Of a stretch of DNA of 62,598 nucleotides, positions 56,032-62,598 are shown one piece after another; within the stretch, counting starts at the first letter, position 1, and each line of letters begins with the position of its first letter. The notes under the pieces are model-generated. The model saw only the letters and a list, made by a program, of their open reading frames with translations. It was not told where the DNA came from and did no database searches. The DNA comes from a virus. Taxonomy: Duplodnaviria; Caudoviricetes. The stretch is taken from IMG/VR virus record IMGVR_UViG_3300025316_000018, positions 1 to 62,598 of that record; one strand, 5' to 3'. Position numbers and translations under genes: made by a program.

Positions 56032-56837
56032 TTCAGGGTGTTCTCATACTGTGATCTTGGCCAATTATATTGAATTGGTGTTCCTTGTGGTGGCTGTACT
56101 GGGCAGCTAATGATATTATAGAAATCGTGGTAGTATGATGTACCTATCCACATTTCTGGTTTATTTCTATTAGAATCCCATGTATTTAGTGGTGTGTATT
56201 TCATCAACATTTCCCACCAATCATTTGTCTTTATATCAGGCAGTTTTCTGATGTAAGATGATTTGGTCCACCAAAACGTACCTGAATAATGTGGCATTGG
56301 CCACATACACAGATTAACCCCAGCACATGAGTGGTCTTGTAGTTTCTCGATACAAGTTTCCCACTTCTCTATACAACCCCATTCTAAGAACTTTCTCCAC
56401 AGATAATAGTTGACGAATGGTTGATAGATCTTTTCTTGTCTCATTCTCCAAGGAGCGGTAATACCCTTGCAATGGAAATACAAGAAATATGCGTCTTCAC
56501 GTTTAGCATGTTCTTGGAGTTCGTACATAGTTTCTGTTTCATCAAAAACTTCAGAATCTCCGTCATACGTTACTGTTTGCACATGTTGCAGTGACAAGTT
56601 TTCTACTTTGTTCTCATCGGTAACAATCTTCTTGATTATTTCAATCTTATCGAATGTATTACAGATCCCACTAAACATATCGACTTGTTCTGCCTTACCG
56701 ATACAAACAACATATATCTTTTCCAGTTCCTCGTATAATCCATGATTAATGACTTCGTGTATTTGATCAAGGAACACATTATACCAGCAGCCGGTCTCAT
56801 CGGTTAGATATACATGATAGTACGCATATTTCTTCAT
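56028..56837 (-). CDS. putative glycosyltransferase-like protein
   Basis: YFHCKG, HYSGTFWW..YIRKLP, EMWIG. Confidence 0.6.
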   Translation of the reverse strand: MKKYAYYHVYLTDETGCWYNVFLDQIHEVINHGLYEELEKIYVVCIGKAEQVDMFSGICNTFDKIEIIKKIVTDENKVENLSLQHVQTVTYDGDSEVFDETETMYELQEHAKREDAYFLYFHCKGITAPWRMRQEKIYQPFVNYYLWRKFLEWGCIEKWETCIEKLQDHSCAGVNLCMWPMPHYSGTFWWTKSSYIRKLPDIKTNDWWEMLMKYTPLNTWDSNRNKPEMWIGTSYYHDFYNIISCPVQPPQGTPIQYNWPRSQYENTLK

Positions 56838-56841
56838 AATA

Positions 56842-57561
56842 TTATTTCGGGTAGTAGTTCTTGTATAAATGCACTATTGGATATTTATCAGCGTCAACTA
56901 TACTAAGATCAAAGTTTTTGTTCAGTGGTTTGATCTCGTATATACCATTATTAACAGTATATGGTTTTCCGCACAGAAAGTAAACTATAGTCATGAAACA
57001 ATCATACCAACCGAATGTGGGGTAGTGTTCTTGTATCTGATCAAACACCTGTTCAAAGATTTCCACGATCTGAAGATAGTTATTAACAAATGTGTCTATC
57101 TTATATATTGTACCGCCGCCAGCACCATAGTATCTAGTTAGTGGTTCTATTCCAGAAACCTGTTTGCACAAATCAAATACAAAATCTGGCACATAGTTGG
57201 TTGGTGTATTATGTGCAAATATTTCACAATCATCGGGTATGGTGATTTTACCAATAATAGCGACATCGTCCTCTGCACACATGATATGTGTACCTTTTGC
57301 TAGTAGACAAGCAACATAGAACCGTTGCATCCAATTTAGTGCTTTATCTTTCCTGTATCCATGTGGCATTTCTGGATATCCAAGATTCTCTGTATAATAC
57401 TGGAACTGACAATCATACTCTTTTGCGGCAGAGTAATAATCAGGACCAGCATCAGAACTTATGATAATAGAACTATCCGGATAAAACTTCCGGATGTTCT
57501 TTATACATTCGACAGAGGCATCCTCAAAGAAACCTGGTATGTAGAATGATAGTTCGCTCAT
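56842..57561 (-). CDS. putative GT-A fold glycosyltransferase
   Basis: IRKFYP..SDAG, AEDD, GGG, VH..K. Confidence 0.6.
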   Translation of the reverse strand: MSELSFYIPGFFEDASVECIKNIRKFYPDSSIIISSDAGPDYYSAAKEYDCQFQYYTENLGYPEMPHGYRKDKALNWMQRFYVACLLAKGTHIMCAEDDVAIIGKITIPDDCEIFAHNTPTNYVPDFVFDLCKQVSGIEPLTRYYGAGGGTIYKIDTFVNNYLQIVEIFEQVFDQIQEHYPTFGWYDCFMTIVYFLCGKPYTVNNGIYEIKPLNKNFDLSIVDADKYPIVHLYKNYYPK

Positions 57562-58106
57562 CGTTTGATAAGATACCATGCATCATTAGATACCAATTTA
57601 AGATCAGACACATCATAGCTGTTTGCTTGAAGGAATTCGCCTAGTGCTTTATTAACACCAACTAGGCTGTAATCATGACCAGAGAACATACCACCAGACT
57701 TAACTTTTGGATAAAAATTCAGCATATCTTCAGATGCTCTTTCGTATGAATGGTCACCATCAATAAACACGAAGTCTAATTCATCATCGGCAATTTTAGA
57801 GACTGCTTCATTTGAAATCATTTCCAAGAAAGTTACTTTACTTGCTTGTGTGATTTTAGTAAGGTTGTTCATTGCAATAGCTTTACATTCGTTGATGCGT
57901 TGCTCTGAAATAGCACCACACCAATCCATATATGCTAGATAAGGATCAATTGCATACATGGTTGAAATGTTATCACAATGTTCTAGCATTTGGCACAAAT
58001 TTGTACCTTCACATACACCAAGTTCACATCCTACGATGTTATCACCAAGTGATTTGATTGCTTCTAATAAACCGTTGCTAGATTCTGCTGAGTTGTTAAA
58101 TATCAT
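57558..58106 (-). CDS. class I SAM-dependent methyltransferase (Methyltransf_24-like)
   Basis: ELGVCEG, IDPY, DFVFIDGDHSY, GHDY. Confidence 0.88.
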   Translation of the reverse strand: MIFNNSAESSNGLLEAIKSLGDNIVGCELGVCEGTNLCQMLEHCDNISTMYAIDPYLAYMDWCGAISEQRINECKAIAMNNLTKITQASKVTFLEMISNEAVSKIADDELDFVFIDGDHSYERASEDMLNFYPKVKSGGMFSGHDYSLVGVNKALGEFLQANSYDVSDLKLVSNDAWYLIKR

Positions 58107-58115
58107 ATAGTTTCC

Positions 58116-58970
58116 TTATGTGTTGATTGTAAAGTAATCGTTTTCGTTATGTTGGTTATATTTCTGTTCTATGAACTTCTTCCATTCAGGCACTCTATCG
58201 TATTGATGAACAATACAGAAAGGTTCGCCCCAATATGTTTTAACCACACCATCTTCAAAGAGGGGTTCTGCTTCTGTAAGAAATGGTCTAAACCCTTCAA
58301 TCTTGCTGGGGTCAGCAGTAGTTCCTGCTTGACATGCCCATGATTGCCATTGTTCAGCAAAGAATGTTCTAGATTTATAAGGTTCAGTTTGCAGCAATAC
58401 ATTATAAACAGCCTGGTCTACTATTGGGATCGGTCTATTGATAGCATTGGTGAAAATATTGAACATCAAATCTTTAACATATTCAGACGCACCACCAATT
58501 GTACCAACATTATAAATGATATTATCCTTGAATAATTCATGAACATATGGACCATAGGTTTCTAGTAGGTTTTGATTACCCCAAGATTCATCTTTGTATC
58601 TAATAGATTCTGAACCAGCAACTAGTCTATGAGGAGGTAGACCTCCACTCAACCAATCTACAGGATTTGTTTGGAAATATACATCTTTGACATCGGTGGT
58701 GATGACATATTCGTAGTCTTGCCATGTATCTTTCAGATAGTCGTAGATAGACAAGAATCGAGCAACATGAATTGGTGCATCAACCTGAATCATTTCTACA
58801 ATCTTGAATCCTTGTTCTAGTATCTTTGTTCGTGTTTCTTCTGATGCTTGTCCTAATACAAGAACTTTATCACCTTCAAATCCACATTCATTGATAGATT
58901 CAATCCAAGGTTTTAACTGGTTGTAGTTGTAACCAGTTGCGGCACCAATAATTAAACTTTGTTTAGCCAC
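58116..58970 (-). CDS. putative glycosyltransferase
   Basis: TTDVKDVYFQ.NP, NVG.IGG, DQAVYN, VHQYDR. Confidence 0.7.
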   Translation of the reverse strand: MAKQSLIIGAATGYNYNQLKPWIESINECGFEGDKVLVLGQASEETRTKILEQGFKIVEMIQVDAPIHVARFLSIYDYLKDTWQDYEYVITTDVKDVYFQTNPVDWLSGGLPPHRLVAGSESIRYKDESWGNQNLLETYGPYVHELFKDNIIYNVGTIGGASEYVKDLMFNIFTNAINRPIPIVDQAVYNVLLQTEPYKSRTFFAEQWQSWACQAGTTADPSKIEGFRPFLTEAEPLFEDGVVKTYWGEPFCIVHQYDRVPEWKKFIEQKYNQHNENDYFTINT

Positions 58971-59665
58971 GGGAATTCTCCATTATATTTGTCGTTCATA
59001 AAGTTGTTGCCCTGATCAAAGAATTCTTTGGATACAGAACCATCATTTCCAGCTAATCTATATGCAACTGTATGTACACCAGTGCCTATGTACTTTGGGT
59101 AGTTTGTCATTAGCACATCACGATATACCCTATCTTGTCCCCACCCACCGTGCCATACACTGGCAACATGAGCGGCAACATTTGTACGTATACAGTAGCA
59201 ATTGGTATCTATGTGTTTGTATCCAGCACACGAATCCCAGTTACCGAGAGATTCACAATTATCATCACATATATAAGTACCATCTTTATCGAATATTCTT
59301 CTTAGTGAATATGTCCAATCTAGATTATTTTCTTCTATGGTATCTATACAAGATTTTACATGATTAATTTCAAACCAATTATCCTGATCTAAGAACAATA
59401 CATATTCAGTATTAACCAAGTGACTGAATGCTGCATATATTCTATGACCATAATAACCATTAGCACCAACATTATCATTAAGATAACACACTTTTAGATT
59501 TTTGTTTCCAAGGTATTCACTAACGATAGCACTAGTTTTGCCTTTAAATTGTACACCATCACACACAACAAGACATTGTGTATCTGTGCTCTGACTAAGA
59601 ACAGATGTAATAGCAGTTCTTAATTCAGGAACACCTGTAGTGGGTATTATCACCGTAGCCGTCAT
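58952..59665 (-). CDS. glycosyltransferase family 2
   Basis: VIIPT, SVLSQ, VVCDG, FLDQDN, IDTN. Confidence 0.85.
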   Translation of the reverse strand: MTATVIIPTTGVPELRTAITSVLSQSTDTQCLVVCDGVQFKGKTSAIVSEYLGNKNLKVCYLNDNVGANGYYGHRIYAAFSHLVNTEYVLFLDQDNWFEINHVKSCIDTIEENNLDWTYSLRRIFDKDGTYICDDNCESLGNWDSCAGYKHIDTNCYCIRTNVAAHVASVWHGGWGQDRVYRDVLMTNYPKYIGTGVHTVAYRLAGNDGSVSKEFFDQGNNFMNDKYNGEFPWLNKV

Positions 59666-61023
59666 ATTTTAAAATTCCCAAAGTCTTTCTTCTGTGTTTT
59701 AGGTGCACTAGTTTGACCAGCATCTATGATATCATTTTGCGATGATTGTTCTGTATCATACAGTTTCATTTTAGCTCTATCAATACCAATGGTGAATCTC
59801 TTATGGTGTGTTAAATCGGAATATCGATTCTTTAACTGCTTTACCATAATTTGATCCATTTGCTCAAGTTCTTCAGATGAAATCAATGCAAACATCATAT
59901 CGGCAGTAGCTGGCAGACCAAAACTCTCACTGACATCTTCCATACCTGGATCTGATGATCCAAAGCCACTTCTTGTTGTCTGTGTTGCTGTTACCAACGG
60001 AACATTATATTCAACTGCTAATCCTCTCAATTCCTCGGCAATTGCTTTAACATATGTGTATGAGTTTACGTTAGAACCAACCTTTAATCTTGAACTGCAA
60101 CATATGTTCAGATAATCTATGAATATGATATCTGGTTCAAAATTACGTTTCAGGTTCAATTCATTCAACAATGTTCTAAAGTGTGCCGATGATGCTGATG
60201 CTGTTGGATATTCTTTGATAATAAGTTTACCAACAGTTTTAGATCTGACTCTTTCAACTTTCTTGATGTATGATTCTTCATTCAACGACATCAATTCATC
60301 CATAGTAACATTCAACAAATTAGCATCGATACGTTCGGCAATTCGTTCTTCCGCCATTTCCATTGTGATGTATAGTACATTCTTACCCTGTGCCATACAA
60401 GCAGCTGCAACATGACACATGAACAAAGATTTACCAACACCAGTCCCAGCAAGAATCACGTTAAGAGTTTTAGTGGATAATCCTCCCTTCGTGATCTTAT
60501 TGAAATATTCCAGATCAAATGGTATCTTGCTTTCTTTCCTATGGTAGAACTCATATCTTGATGCGGCATCTTCAAGATAATCATGTCCAACAGAGTTATC
60601 AAATGATACAGCTAGTGCATCAGTCAATAACTTTGGAATTGTTCCTGTATCTCTTGCTTTATCTGAACCATCAAAGATAGCGACAGAATCCATTAGAGCA
60701 TTGTATATAGATTTATCTTTACAAAACTCTTCGGTCTGATCAATCAACCAATCTATCTTAGAAGAATCACCACCCTCAAGATCATTGATATAGAAGTTCA
60801 GTTCAACGAAACCATCTTGTGATAGATTAAGATCATTTACAGCAATCCTAAGTGCTTCTATTGATGGTGGTGTGTTGTACTTATTAGTAAAATCAATGAT
60901 TGAGGTGAATATCGCGCTTTCTTTCTTACCAACGAAATATTCAGGTTTTAAAAATGGTAATACTTTTCGCAAATATTCTTCATTATGTATTAAGTTCTTC
61001 AGTATTACTAGTTCTAGATTCAT
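59662..61023 (-). CDS. 41: replicative DNA helicase (T4 gp41-like)
   Basis: AGTGVGKS, TMEMAEE, IKEYPT, FIDYLN, ATQTTR, KQLKNRY. Confidence 0.96.
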   Translation of the reverse strand: MNLELVILKNLIHNEEYLRKVLPFLKPEYFVGKKESAIFTSIIDFTNKYNTPPSIEALRIAVNDLNLSQDGFVELNFYINDLEGGDSSKIDWLIDQTEEFCKDKSIYNALMDSVAIFDGSDKARDTGTIPKLLTDALAVSFDNSVGHDYLEDAASRYEFYHRKESKIPFDLEYFNKITKGGLSTKTLNVILAGTGVGKSLFMCHVAAACMAQGKNVLYITMEMAEERIAERIDANLLNVTMDELMSLNEESYIKKVERVRSKTVGKLIIKEYPTASASSAHFRTLLNELNLKRNFEPDIIFIDYLNICCSSRLKVGSNVNSYTYVKAIAEELRGLAVEYNVPLVTATQTTRSGFGSSDPGMEDVSESFGLPATADMMFALISSEELEQMDQIMVKQLKNRYSDLTHHKRFTIGIDRAKMKLYDTEQSSQNDIIDAGQTSAPKTQKKDFGNFKI

Positions 61024-61297
61024 CTACGATTTCCTGTCCTGCGCTGTTGGCCATGATAGCTATTAAAATATTTCCTATAAAATCTCTGAACTCTATGCTG
61101 TCTAGATCATCGAATTTATTATATTCTACTATATCATGAGTAAATTGTAAATACATTTTACCATCTTCTTCTTCAACACCCACTTTACCGAAATTAAATA
61201 CTACCCCTTGATACCCACCAGACAATAGTTTTATGTGTACAATTTCAGGATCATATTCAGGTATCAAGAATGAATAATCAATGCCTTCCTCCATCAT
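60983..61297 (-). CDS. gp40-like head vertex assembly chaperone
   Basis: size and synteny between uvsX and 41. Confidence 0.55.
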   Translation of the reverse strand: MMEEGIDYSFLIPEYDPEIVHIKLLSGGYQGVVFNFGKVGVEEEDGKMYLQFTHDIVEYNKFDDLDSIEFRDFIGNILIAIMANSAGQEIVDESRTSNTEELNT

Positions 61298-61839
61298 AGC
61301 ACATCCTCAATAGCTTCTAGTTCACTAGCAATATCATCATCAGAGATAATTGCACCATTAGATACCTGATAGTTTTCTTTGATCCATTGCTGGAAGCTAG
61401 TGCTTGAAATAAGAGGCATCCAGAAATCTTTAGTGTCGGTATCTTTTGCACGGTATTTCTTTTCGGAAATCTCACCTGTTTCAACATCAACCTTAGAGTA
61501 CCAGCCATTAGATGGTTTAACCACATGACCAGATTCTAGTGCCATTTCAAGTAAACCAGACCATTTACTAAGACCACCATCAAATTTAACGGTAACAGGA
61601 ATCTTAGACTTTTCACGTGAATGTCTAGACTTTTCTACGTTAATGATGAAGTTGTATCCAGTTAATTCAGTACCATCTTTCTCTTGTTGTCTACCAAGGA
61701 TGAAAATGTTGTCGGCAGAAAGATAGATACCAGTATTATGAGTTATCACTCCATTTTCTAAAACATATTGGTGATTATCTGCTACTGTAATATCAAAAAC
61801 TCTTTTTTTGCCCACTTTTTCAATGCTAGTTATTTTCAT
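61294..61839 (-). CDS. uvsX: UvsX recombinase C-terminal half preceded by split-intein C-fragment
   Basis: after HN: TGIYLSADNIFILGRQQEKDG..NVEKSR..REKSKIP..WSGLL..KPSNGWY. Confidence 0.9.
   Translation of the reverse strand: MKITSIEKVGKKRVFDITVADNHQYVLENGVITHNTGIYLSADNIFILGRQQEKDGTELTGYNFIINVEKSRHSREKSKIPVTVKFDGGLSKWSGLLEMALESGHVVKPSNGWYSKVDVETGEISEKKYRAKDTDTKDFWMPLISSTSFQQWIKENYQVSNGAIISDDDIASELEAIEDVL
61735..61839 (-). mobile_element. split intein C-fragment (35 aa)
   Basis: MKITSIEKVGKKRVFDITVADNHQYVLENGVITHN|T: blocks F and G, own ATG. Confidence 0.88.
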
Positions 61840-62598
61840 ATTTTCTCTCTTTACAATTATCGTTATGCCAACGAACTATATTACCAACCGTAGAAGTTAT
61901 TCCGCAATGTTCACAAGATGCTCTCTTTTGGATTGTTGCAGGATTTTTCCAAATATTTACATCATATAAATCTAAATCTAATCGATCAACCTTTAATACT
62001 TCTCCAGTATCAAAATTCTTAAGCATTATTTTATCTTTATTTGCTATCGATACAATTAACTTATGTTCTTCAGTCATTGGAAGTTTAGCAACTTTTTCTA
62101 TCCAATTGGATATTTCCTCTGGACTTTTAATCCTACCCTTATTTCCAATGCCCTGCAATATCTTAGATTCATCTGTATGTTTCTTCCCATAAAAACTATT
62201 TTCTTCTCCTGATCTTCCCCTTAATTTTTTCTCTTCTTCCGATAAGATTGTCCCCTTTGTAACACCAACCCAGTTACCGTTTAAAACCTCTGGATGTAAT
62301 CTAGGCAATCTAGCTATCTTACCCGTTAATAAATTTTTATATGTTGCATAATCTGGATCTGTATAGGAATTGATAGATGCAACACTTTTATTAAAATAAT
62401 TAGGAGACGCAACAACATCGTTAGCAATATGACTATCTTTTTCTGCCATTAAAGCGTCATTATACACATCAAACTCGCCCAATACAAAAACTTCATAATC
62501 ACACTCCGCTAATGCAGACAAATACAAATCAGACTCACTAGAACCTTCATATATTTTACCTCTTTTATCCTGTATTTTTCCATTTATAATTGAACAAT
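61826..62598 (-). mobile_element. homing endonuclease with NUMOD3 motif, 5' end beyond window
   Basis: YEGSS, YFNKS, NSFYGKKHTDESK, CEHC..RWHNDNCK; frame open to window edge. Confidence 0.8.

Noticed and set aside
1-62598. Stop-codon reassignment
   Set aside because: Core genes are full length in code 11, TAA/TGA/TAG all end genes, and no suppressor tRNA is present

Overview
A 62.6-kb piece of a large T4-like (Tevenvirinae/Kyanoviridae-style) myophage of a Gram-negative, probably gamma/beta-proteobacterial host, in the standard genetic code and mostly coded on the minus strand. Core genes: frd, td, denV, GroES-like chaperonin, rnh, nrdA/nrdB, primase 61, helicase 41, gp40-like and uvsX C-half. 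It has TATAAATA late and TTGACA/TATAAT early promoters, dispersed lysis genes, a degenerate tRNA/ncRNA cluster and long runs of small hypothetical ORFs. Most striking: (1) a gene-free, repeat-rich, origin-like block at about 38.2-39.8 kb, where strand composition flips, carrying two host-type parS palindromes; (2) a late-promoter curli-like operon (csgF, csgG, curlin-like, FecR, holin) convergent with a CHASE2-adenylate cyclase; (3) a conserved ~65-nt two-hairpin element with covariation upstream of three antisense endonuclease genes, folding better on the antisense strand; (4) uvsX fractured by a split intein with an endonuclease gene next to it; (5) a shuffled MSKERELL...LAQPE gene family; (6) an early cassette array with exact repeated spacers; (7) several fusion scars. 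All protein calls come from motif recognition by eye, with no database search.
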